A stretch of DNA of 64,000 nucleotides from Thermoplasmata archaeon. GTDB taxonomy: Archaea; Thermoplasmatota; Thermoplasmata; Lutacidiplasmatales; SKW197. The position numbers and the translations under genes were made by a program. Of the stretch, positions 17,533 to 25,907 are shown one piece after another (position 1 is the first letter of the stretch; every line of letters begins with the position of its first letter). The stretch covers positions 3,254 through 67,253 of the forward strand of contig JBMFNP010000003.1 in assembly GCA_049970095.1 (NCBI GenBank). Reading direction: 5' to 3'. The notes below the pieces were generated by a model. The model was not told the origin of the DNA and searched no databases. It saw only the letters and a list, made by a program, of their open reading frames with translations.

Positions 17533-20500
17533 ATGAGAGCAGGCGCAGGAGTACAGATTGTAGGAATTTGTCTTCTTGTTTCACTCCTACTCAACACAGG
17601 AGTTAATACAGGAATTGCAAAAGGGGATGCAAAAGGGGAGACAGTAGTGCTCTGGGACACAGATGTAGATTTTTCTGCTGGTTCCCTTACAAATCTTTCC
17701 ATTTCAGGTACAGGCACAGCTGCAGTGCTCACAATGAGTTATGTGGATGCCTGGCTAAAATTGAGTTTCGCAGAACAACCTTCAGCCAGAGAAGGATGCA
17801 GCATGGTATTTGCAGATGGCATCTTTGTGCTTTTCGGAGGTAGATCTGGCACGCAATATTTCAATGATACATGGGTGTTCTCAGAAGGAAAATGGATAAA
17901 AAAATCTGGGATAAATGCCCCGGAGCCAAGAGCGTTTTCCGGAATGGCTTACTCCCAGAGCAACGGAACGGTGTACTTGTTCGGGGGGAGGAATGCAACC
18001 GGCGTCTTTGGAGACTTGTGGACATATAACCTCACAGCGGATACCTGGACAAAAATAACGACATACGCCCCTCAGCCCAGATATGGCTGCACCCTTACAT
18101 ATTACCCACCAGCAAACAAACTCCTTCTTTTTGGTGGTAACAACTCCACAACAGCCCTCAATGATCTCTGGGAATACACTCCTTCAACAAATTCCTGGTT
18201 ATATAAATCATCCTCCCCAATAGGAAGATATTTTCATGGAATGGTTTTTGCACCCCAAACTGGATTATTGTATGTTTTTGGTGGCTTGAATGCAACAGCC
18301 CTATCAAATTTCTATCAATATAATTACTCAACAAATTCATGGGTAGCTCTTTCATCCCCATCCCCACCCTCGCCTAGGTATGGACATATAATGGGCTACC
18401 TTAATGGAAGTATTGTGGTTGCCTCTGGTTCCAACGGCTCAAGCAATCTTTCAGACACATGGAGGTTTTCAATTTCAGCAAATTCCTGGCAACAGTTATC
18501 ACTCTCCTTACCTGTTTCTCCTGTGGTGCTCCCAGGTGTTGCATTCTCCCCATTACAGATTTTCTCTGCTGGTGGTCTCAATACACAGTCACAATCAATC
18601 AACCAGTTCTTTCCAGCATTTACCAATGGAATTTTTGAAACCCAGGGAATAGATACCCAGCGCACCCACACTTCCTATCTCTATCTTCGGTGGAACCCCC
18701 CTCTCCAGACGCATGGAGCAATAAGGTGTCAGATTGCAGCAAACGATGACAATACCACATGGGTTTTCAAAGGTCCTGATGGAACTTCTTCATCTTACTA
18801 TGAGAATGGTTTCGGACAAAAAATAAACGCTTCTGGAAGATATATAAAAGTGAGGGCGTACTTTATCTCGGAAAACGGGATTTACTCCCCATTCCTTGAT
18901 TCAATCTCAATTTCATTCAATCGCCCTCCAGATGCTCCCACACCGCTTACACCATCTGGAATATGCCAGAATCATAGTTTGAATTTTGCATGGAATTTCA
19001 ATGATATTGACATGGATTATCAGACAGCATTCAGAGTACAGGTGAGCACATCCTCAGACTTCAATTCTCCTGTTGTAGATTCAGGTGTAGTGCAATCTGC
19101 AGCGCAATCATGGACATATTCTGGCTTAGGAGATGGAATATATTACTGGAGAGTTGCTTGCAGGGATTCATCTGGACTCTGGAATGTCTCAAATGGGGTT
19201 CAATTCACACTGGATACCACACCACCATCCGCCTCCCTAACAATAAATTCAAATGCAGTATATACAAACACCCCGAGCGTCACATTAACAATAACCTCTT
19301 CTGATGCAGGGAGTGGATTGAGAGATATGTGCTTTTCAAATGATGGTTTAGTGTGGAGTGCCCATGAAACACCAGTAGCCACAAAAAGCTGGACACTTTC
19401 AGAAGGTGATGGGGTAAAGGTAGTGTACCTCAAATTAAGAGATAATGCAAACAATTCCTTCATCTGCAATGACACAATCATTCTGGATACTACGCCGCCA
19501 TCAGCAACAATTACCATTAACAATGACACACTTTACACAAATACAGAAAATGTTTACATTCAGGTGTATGCAAGCGACGCAACATCCGGCGTAGATGCAA
19601 TCCGTCTCTCAAATGATGGGAATTCCTGGGGGGAATGGCAGTCAATCACTCAAAACATTCCATGGACTCTCCAGTCAGGGGACGGGCTGAAAAAAGTTTA
19701 TGCACAGGTGAGGGACAAAAGTGGGCTTACTACAACTACTGCAGACACGATATATCTTGATAAATCTCCACCACCCCCACCTCAATTTTACCCAGAACCT
19801 CCTTACACACCTGGTTATTCAAATACAGTGTCCTGGTATCCTGTGGAAGATGCAATCTCTGGAAATGTTGCATACAATGTGGAATGCTCAACTACACCCT
19901 CATTTTCATGGACTGCAAGTTCCGGCTGGATATATTCCACAACCTACACATTCACATCCCTGAGTGAGGGATATACTTATTACTACAGGGTGAGAGCGAG
20001 GGATGGGCTTGGAAATATTGGTGCTTACTCACAAATTGTGAATTCTACACAGGATGCAACTGCACCTATAACAACCATAACAACGCCAGATGAGATTTAT
20101 TTTAACGCTGAGAACATCGTGCTTTCTTGGAAAGCAGTGGATTACACATCAGGACTTTCAGGGAGATACAGAGTTCAGATATCTGGAGATAACACATTTC
20201 TCACCACGGTGATTGACACATATGTCTCTGGCTCCACAAGTGCTCTGGAAACCATCTATCATGCACCAGCCCTGCAGGATGGAAAATATTTCTGGAGGGT
20301 AATGGGCGAGGATAACGCAGGAAACTGGGGAGCATATTCCTCAATCTCTACATTTTATGTGTGTTCTTCAAAGCCGAGAATAGTGTGCAACGCATATGTA
20401 TATGGATGGTATTCTGCAAACCCGGGAAGTGTTATTGATGTGGACTTTTATGCCCAGGGTATTGCCCCACTCTCTACTGCCAGATGGCGCCTGCCTGGTG

Positions 20501-22401
20501 GTGAATGGCATATAGTTTTCCAGGGTGCATATTCTGAATATACACAGAACTGGGGGTTGCCATGGGAGGAAATGGGTGAAGGCACGAATCAAATCAATGT
20601 TGAAGTGATAGATGCTGCTGGAAATTCTGAAGAAGCAATCATCTATTTCCTAAAGGATGTCCATGCACCACAGACATCTGCCTCAATCTCTGGGTTGCTA
20701 GGAATGAATGGATGGTATCTCTCAAATGTGAGTGTGCATCTTTTTGCTACAGATGAAATCTCAGGAATTTCAAAAATCATTTACAGAATTTTTGATGGTG
20801 TAATCTGGAGTGATGAAAGTGAATATTCTGGTGAGGTTAAGCTGAATAGAAGTGGGATTTATACCATAGAATTCTACAGTATAGACAGAGCAGGAAATTA
20901 CGAGGAAAAACAGAGAATTGAAATAAAAATTGATATGGAAGTTCCCGAGACTTTTTCAGATGCAGGGAGTGGATGGTATTCTGTGCTTCCTGTATTTGTG
21001 AACCTTACCGCAAATGATAGAATTTCTGAGATTTCTGGTATTTATTACTCAATTGACAGCGGAAATTACATTTTTGAACAGAATTTCACAATCCAGATTT
21101 CGTTAAGCACCGAGGGTGTGCATCTCATTTCATATTTTGCTGTGGACCATGCAGGAAACAGGGAGGTTGAGAAGAGAGTAACGGTGTTAATTGATACCAC
21201 ACCACCAACCACTAACGCCATCATAGAGCGCACTGGCGAAAATGCTACACTCAGATTTTCCGCAAATGATACAATTTCTGGTGTAAATCAAACCATATAC
21301 TGGGTTTTCAACAACACCACAGGGAATCAAGAGTTATATTGCTCTGGCGTTTATGTTGAACCCGTCAATTTGACAGAGGGAAATTGGACGATTCTCTACT
21401 ACTCCATTGACTGTGCTAACAATCATGAAATTCTTGAGCAAAAGGAGATTATTATTGACTGGCAAAAACCATCTGTTTCTATCACAATCAACAATGGATC
21501 TTGTGGCACTCACAATCGCACAGTGTGGATTTCAGTTAACTGGAGCGATAATCTTGGTATTGCAGGAATTTCCTTCAGCAATGATTTCTATAACTGGACT
21601 GCGCTGCAACTCCCAGAAACAATGATTTCCTGGGAACTTCCAGATGAAGATGGAGAACATACTGTTTACTGCAAGGTTGTAGATTACGCTGGTAATGAGA
21701 ACATTACAAGCTGGAAAATTTATCTTGACAGAAAAGCACCTCAAATCTTTGACTTCAGTGTGCCTTCGCTGGTTTGTGGTAACTCAACACTGATGTTGAG
21801 ATTTTATTTATCTGAAAATGCCCAGAGCAGTATATATTTTTTGCATGAAAACCGCACAGATGTTATTGCAGAAAATCTTACAACCACAGAATTTCCATGG
21901 CATGTGCCGCTACTGAATTGCGAAGGAATTCTCTATCTCAAGGTTTGGGATGCGGGTGGAAACGAAGCAGAATTTTACTCAAATTCTTTTAGAGTTGACT
22001 CAACACCTCCAGATGTTGAAAGTGTGCACCCAGAGGTTGCAGAGCCCAGGACATGGATTGAAATTACATTCACAGAAGATATGGATAAAGAGGCAGCGGA
22101 AAGAAGCTTTGTGATCCAGCCATATGTGTCAGGTAAATTTTATTGGCCTGACAACAGAACTCTTATATTTGTGCCTGAAAGGAACCTTGATGAGGGTGCT
22201 ACCTATAGTATCATTATAAAAAGTGATGCCAGAGACTTGGCAGGTAATCATATCAGCCAGAGAGTTTCATTTGTGCAAGTGAAATCTTATCTCTATTACT
22301 ATGTTCTTTTAGGTGTGTTAATAACATCTGTGGTTGCTGTGTGCATTTACTGGTACTATAAACGGAAAAAAAGGCGAAAAATGCAGGTAAAAGTGTTCTG
22401 A
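17533..22401 (+). CDS. giant (1622 aa) cell-surface protein: N-terminal Kelch-type beta-propeller, multiple Ig-like/FN3-like domains, C-terminal TM anchor
   Basis: There is a signal peptide. Kelch-like 'G..R.GH' / 'W.Y' repeats recur over about 330 aa. Recurring 'LDTTPPSA..TIN' Ig-like (Big_5-type) linkers and fibronectin-like 'YYYRVRA' motifs follow. The C-terminus is hydrophobic followed by 'KRKKRRK'. Sequons are abundant. Confidence 0.7.
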   Translation: MRAGAGVQIVGICLLVSLLLNTGVNTGIAKGDAKGETVVLWDTDVDFSAGSLTNLSISGTGTAAVLTMSYVDAWLKLSFAEQPSAREGCSMVFADGIFVLFGGRSGTQYFNDTWVFSEGKWIKKSGINAPEPRAFSGMAYSQSNGTVYLFGGRNATGVFGDLWTYNLTADTWTKITTYAPQPRYGCTLTYYPPANKLLLFGGNNSTTALNDLWEYTPSTNSWLYKSSSPIGRYFHGMVFAPQTGLLYVFGGLNATALSNFYQYNYSTNSWVALSSPSPPSPRYGHIMGYLNGSIVVASGSNGSSNLSDTWRFSISANSWQQLSLSLPVSPVVLPGVAFSPLQIFSAGGLNTQSQSINQFFPAFTNGIFETQGIDTQRTHTSYLYLRWNPPLQTHGAIRCQIAANDDNTTWVFKGPDGTSSSYYENGFGQKINASGRYIKVRAYFISENGIYSPFLDSISISFNRPPDAPTPLTPSGICQNHSLNFAWNFNDIDMDYQTAFRVQVSTSSDFNSPVVDSGVVQSAAQSWTYSGLGDGIYYWRVACRDSSGLWNVSNGVQFTLDTTPPSASLTINSNAVYTNTPSVTLTITSSDAGSGLRDMCFSNDGLVWSAHETPVATKSWTLSEGDGVKVVYLKLRDNANNSFICNDTIILDTTPPSATITINNDTLYTNTENVYIQVYASDATSGVDAIRLSNDGNSWGEWQSITQNIPWTLQSGDGLKKVYAQVRDKSGLTTTTADTIYLDKSPPPPPQFYPEPPYTPGYSNTVSWYPVEDAISGNVAYNVECSTTPSFSWTASSGWIYSTTYTFTSLSEGYTYYYRVRARDGLGNIGAYSQIVNSTQDATAPITTITTPDEIYFNAENIVLSWKAVDYTSGLSGRYRVQISGDNTFLTTVIDTYVSGSTSALETIYHAPALQDGKYFWRVMGEDNAGNWGAYSSISTFYVCSSKPRIVCNAYVYGWYSANPGSVIDVDFYAQGIAPLSTARWRLPGGEWHIVFQGAYSEYTQNWGLPWEEMGEGTNQINVEVIDAAGNSEEAIIYFLKDVHAPQTSASISGLLGMNGWYLSNVSVHLFATDEISGISKIIYRIFDGVIWSDESEYSGEVKLNRSGIYTIEFYSIDRAGNYEEKQRIEIKIDMEVPETFSDAGSGWYSVLPVFVNLTANDRISEISGIYYSIDSGNYIFEQNFTIQISLSTEGVHLISYFAVDHAGNREVEKRVTVLIDTTPPTTNAIIERTGENATLRFSANDTISGVNQTIYWVFNNTTGNQELYCSGVYVEPVNLTEGNWTILYYSIDCANNHEILEQKEIIIDWQKPSVSITINNGSCGTHNRTVWISVNWSDNLGIAGISFSNDFYNWTALQLPETMISWELPDEDGEHTVYCKVVDYAGNENITSWKIYLDRKAPQIFDFSVPSLVCGNSTLMLRFYLSENAQSSIYFLHENRTDVIAENLTTTEFPWHVPLLNCEGILYLKVWDAGGNEAEFYSNSFRVDSTPPDVESVHPEVAEPRTWIEITFTEDMDKEAAERSFVIQPYVSGKFYWPDNRTLIFVPERNLDEGATYSIIIKSDARDLAGNHISQRVSFVQVKSYLYYYVLLGVLITSVVAVCIYWYYKRKKRRKMQVKVF

Positions 22402-22458
22402 GGCATTGCTCACCCAATCAACAGAAACTCTAAAATAGTTACCGATTATTTGTGATGC

Positions 22459-23217
22459 ATGAGCCTTGCAGCAATTCTAGTGAGGGTGTCGCTTCTTCTT
22501 GCAGCTGCATTTGTGCCCTCTCTTATTTACCTGATTTTCATACGAAATATTGAAAAATTCAGCAGGGAACCTTGGCGAATGGTACTTACAGTTTTCGCAA
22601 GAGGCGCATTTTATTCTATTATAATTGCCATTATTCTGGAAGTGCTTTTCTATTACCTCTATAAAACCCAGATTGAAAGAATCTACATTGTTCTTTCTGA
22701 AAAACAAACAATTGAAATGATAGTACTTGCTTGTGTGGTTGCACCTTTTGTTGAGGAACTTGCAAAATTATTTGCAGTGAGGAGAGCCAAACCAGAAATT
22801 GATGAACTTGAAGATGGTTTTATTTATGGGGCTGCTGCAGGACTTGGGTTTGCAGCTACAGAAAACCTACTTTACGAACTTGGTTTTGCACTTACAGGCA
22901 ATTTTCAGGATTTTGGTTTTCTTGTGCTCATGCGGAGTATTTCATCCACGCTCCTACATGCTAGTGCTTCTGCAATTGCTGGCTACGGATTAGCATCTAT
23001 ATATCTCAGAGGAGAATATGGAAAGGCGATTTTTCTGCTGGGTGGAGCAATGGGCCTGCATGCCCTCTTCAACCTTTTCGCCTCCTTCGGGATAATTTTT
23101 GGGGGTTTATGGTACTCAGGGCTTGTGGGCTTTGTCTTTTCTGCGGCACTGGCTATTACTGCAATCGGTTATGTAAGGGACAAAATAAGGCAGTTGGACA
23201 TGCAAGGAAGATATTAA
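22459..23217 (+). CDS. PrsW/CPBP-type intramembrane metalloprotease
   Basis: It has 7-8 TM helices. The motifs are 'EELAK' (EExxK), 'STLLHAS' (FxxxH-like) and 'GLHALFN' (HxxxN). Confidence 0.6.
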   Translation: MSLAAILVRVSLLLAAAFVPSLIYLIFIRNIEKFSREPWRMVLTVFARGAFYSIIIAIILEVLFYYLYKTQIERIYIVLSEKQTIEMIVLACVVAPFVEELAKLFAVRRAKPEIDELEDGFIYGAAAGLGFAATENLLYELGFALTGNFQDFGFLVLMRSISSTLLHASASAIAGYGLASIYLRGEYGKAIFLLGGAMGLHALFNLFASFGIIFGGLWYSGLVGFVFSAALAITAIGYVRDKIRQLDMQGRY

Positions 23218-23297
23218 CCAATAGAAAGTGGTCAACACATGATAGATATCAAGAAAGATATAAATACAGATTTGATAATCAGCTATGCGGTGATTAA

Positions 23298-25061
23298 ATG
23301 AAAGCAAGCAGCATGATATCTCTATTGTTAATGTGGGTTCTGATTTCTGGAGCATATATTCCTCAACTGACGCCAAAGAATGTCTCTGCTGGCTCCACAA
23401 TGGAATGGACCTGGAAGTACGAAACAAATAGCACTGTAAAAGGGATTTCAATTACAGATGATGGGAAGTACATTGGTGCATATGACTATGCTAACAATAT
23501 ATATCTGTTTGAGGCTGATACGGGAAGCCTGGTCAAAACCTGGCAGTTTGGTGCCGAGGTGAAGGGGATAAAAATTGCGAAGAAGGCAGACCCGCCCCTG
23601 CTCTTCGTTTCGGATAACAAAAGTGTGCGTGTCTACCGCCAGGATATGAATGTTCCAGCGAGAGTATATAGTCCAAATATCCCTCTAGCATACGGCTGGA
23701 ATGCATCCCAACCAAGACCTGGCAATATTACTGGCTTTGATATCTCTGCGGATGGAAAATTACTGATGGTAACATATTACTACCGCTGGGGGAATGTATG
23801 GAAATATAATGTCTCCATGTACAATGTGGAGACAGGCACGGAAATGTGGAACTACCAGGCCCAGTTTTCGGATGCAAAGGCAAAGTATGGATTGAGTGCA
23901 TCGTATGATGGAAAGTTTTTTGTGGTTGGTGTGTCTGAGACAGATACCTATGTCAGAATTGAACTTTACGAACGGGACAGCCCGTACGGTCCAAAATGGC
24001 AGTCAGACAGATTAAGAGACAACCTGGGTAGTGGTTATCTTTCCAGGATTACCGCGCTTTCAATCTCCAATGATGGCAGTGTGATTATGGTAGGGACCAA
24101 CAATGCAGTTCTGAAATTCATTCAGACACAGAATGTGGAAGTGTGGAGAGTTGATGGAATCCGTGACCCTGTGGCAATTTCAATGAATTATTCGGGTAGC
24201 GAGGGAATTGTGGCATTCTACAACCAGAAGCTGGACAAACACATGATTTCCTTCATGGACCTGGCAACCATGAACGACAGTAAGAGAATCAAATGGAACT
24301 GGAGCACGCCAGATGACAACAGGATCGTGAATGCAGTTATGGACAAGGAGGGGCAGTATATTGTAGTTTCAACTGCAAAAAATATGTGGTTGATTTACGC
24401 GCCAGTTCACAAAGCTTTCAGGAGTATTCAACTCTCAACAGACTTTGAGCTTGTAAGCAATATTGACCTGAGCAGGGATTCTGCGGACAGGGTTGCACTC
24501 GGTGCGGCATACAGAGAGATAGACAACCCTGCTGGGGTTTACATGTTTGACAACCCAAAGGCAATCAAACCACAACCGTGTGAGATTTTTGGTTTCTTTG
24601 ATGTGACAACGACATCCATGAATGTCACATGGGGTGTGAGCACTGCACCTGATTTCCAGCAGTATGAACTTTACTGCGACCCCAATCTCAATGTAATTTC
24701 CACAAATCCACAGAATGCAGAAAAACATTTCGTGATTACAAACAAGGATAAGAATTATCAACAGGTTACAGGATTGCAGCCTGGAACAACCTATTTCTTT
24801 AAATTGAGAGTAGTCTGCATTACAGAACTGTATGCAGATTCGCAGGTAAAACAGAAAATGACAGAAGTGCCACCTCCTCCACCAGATTATACCCCATATA
24901 TAGTTGCAGCGGTTGTGGTCACTGCGCTGGTAATCTTTCTGCTCTGGTACTTCTATCTGAGGCACAAGATTCCGGAGTGGAAAGAAAAACGAAAGAAGAA
25001 AGGCAAGGGTGTAGCATGGCACCAGAGACCAGGAGAGTACCTACCACCAGGTTTTGAATGA
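23298..25061 (+). CDS. secreted beta-propeller plus FN3-domain protein with C-terminal TM anchor
   Basis: There is a signal peptide. Repeated beta-strand blades are present. The FN3-like segment is 'TTSMNVTWGVSTAPDFQQYELY...TGLQPGTTYFFKLRVV'. The C-terminus is 'PPPPPDYTP' plus a TM helix plus a basic tail. Confidence 0.55.
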   Translation: MKASSMISLLLMWVLISGAYIPQLTPKNVSAGSTMEWTWKYETNSTVKGISITDDGKYIGAYDYANNIYLFEADTGSLVKTWQFGAEVKGIKIAKKADPPLLFVSDNKSVRVYRQDMNVPARVYSPNIPLAYGWNASQPRPGNITGFDISADGKLLMVTYYYRWGNVWKYNVSMYNVETGTEMWNYQAQFSDAKAKYGLSASYDGKFFVVGVSETDTYVRIELYERDSPYGPKWQSDRLRDNLGSGYLSRITALSISNDGSVIMVGTNNAVLKFIQTQNVEVWRVDGIRDPVAISMNYSGSEGIVAFYNQKLDKHMISFMDLATMNDSKRIKWNWSTPDDNRIVNAVMDKEGQYIVVSTAKNMWLIYAPVHKAFRSIQLSTDFELVSNIDLSRDSADRVALGAAYREIDNPAGVYMFDNPKAIKPQPCEIFGFFDVTTTSMNVTWGVSTAPDFQQYELYCDPNLNVISTNPQNAEKHFVITNKDKNYQQVTGLQPGTTYFFKLRVVCITELYADSQVKQKMTEVPPPPPDYTPYIVAAVVVTALVIFLLWYFYLRHKIPEWKEKRKKKGKGVAWHQRPGEYLPPGFE

Positions 25062-25073
25062 AAATATAAATTC

Positions 25074-25907
25074 TTATTTTTTCTTTCCCTTCTTCTCTGT
25101 TTTCTGGACTACATGGTTGGGACAATTGGCGTTAAGAGGTACTTCCAGCACTTCAAACACATTTCTATAACCATCATAGTATATAAGATTTTGAGGGAGC
25201 GCCGCATACTCTTTTGAAATAATTTTTATCCCACAGAGCACTTGAAGAGCTGCAATTACTGCAGTAGTTGTGATTTCTGCAGGGAGTTTGGGGGAGTATA
25301 TAGTTACATCTTCTCTGCCAGAGCATGAAAATACTTGTTCCAAATTTTTGAAATGGGTTTTGTTCATTCCACATTCTATGCATGATGTGCGGGGTGGAAT
25401 TACAACCTGTACTTTACCAGAAGTACCCAGAGTGCCTCCATCCACCAGGGGAATGCCATAATAATATGCATGGGAATTTATATACAGTCTTGCCATGATG
25501 TTATCCAGACACCCAAAGATTATATCAAACTGTTTGAGAAAATCATCTGGTAATTCCTGAATGGGTTTTGAATACCATGAAACCTTTATACTTTTATCCA
25601 GGTTTTTCAATTCTCTTGCAAGAACTTCCGCTTTCAGTAGCCCCTGCTCTGCATCTTCTATCCGGAAAAGTGCACATCTGCTTAAATTTGATTTGACAAT
25701 TTTGTCCATGTCCACAATAGTTATATTTTTAAAACCTGAGAGTACAAGATTTTTTCCCACCTCATTTCCAAGTGCACCTGCACCCACGATGAGTGCCTTA
25801 CTTTTCAGAATTTGATTGAACTTAATCCACGGAATTCTTTTTTCTCTATCAAACATATCTTCGTCATGCATTCCAACTTTCAGCAACTTTCGTGTTTTTC
25901 CGCCCAT
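25074..25907 (-). CDS. E1-like ubiquitin-activating enzyme (ThiF/MoeB/HesA family, minimal single-domain form)
   Basis: The Rossmann segment is 'ALIVGAGALGNEVGKNLVLSGFKNITIVDMDKIVKSNLSR'. The conserved 'GCLDN...R' region is present. The Cys cluster is 'CIECG...CSG...CPNH'. The ATG directly abuts the JAB stop. Confidence 0.8.
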   Translation of the reverse strand: MGGKTRKLLKVGMHDEDMFDREKRIPWIKFNQILKSKALIVGAGALGNEVGKNLVLSGFKNITIVDMDKIVKSNLSRCALFRIEDAEQGLLKAEVLARELKNLDKSIKVSWYSKPIQELPDDFLKQFDIIFGCLDNIMARLYINSHAYYYGIPLVDGGTLGTSGKVQVVIPPRTSCIECGMNKTHFKNLEQVFSCSGREDVTIYSPKLPAEITTTAVIAALQVLCGIKIISKEYAALPQNLIYYDGYRNVFEVLEVPLNANCPNHVVQKTEKKGKKK

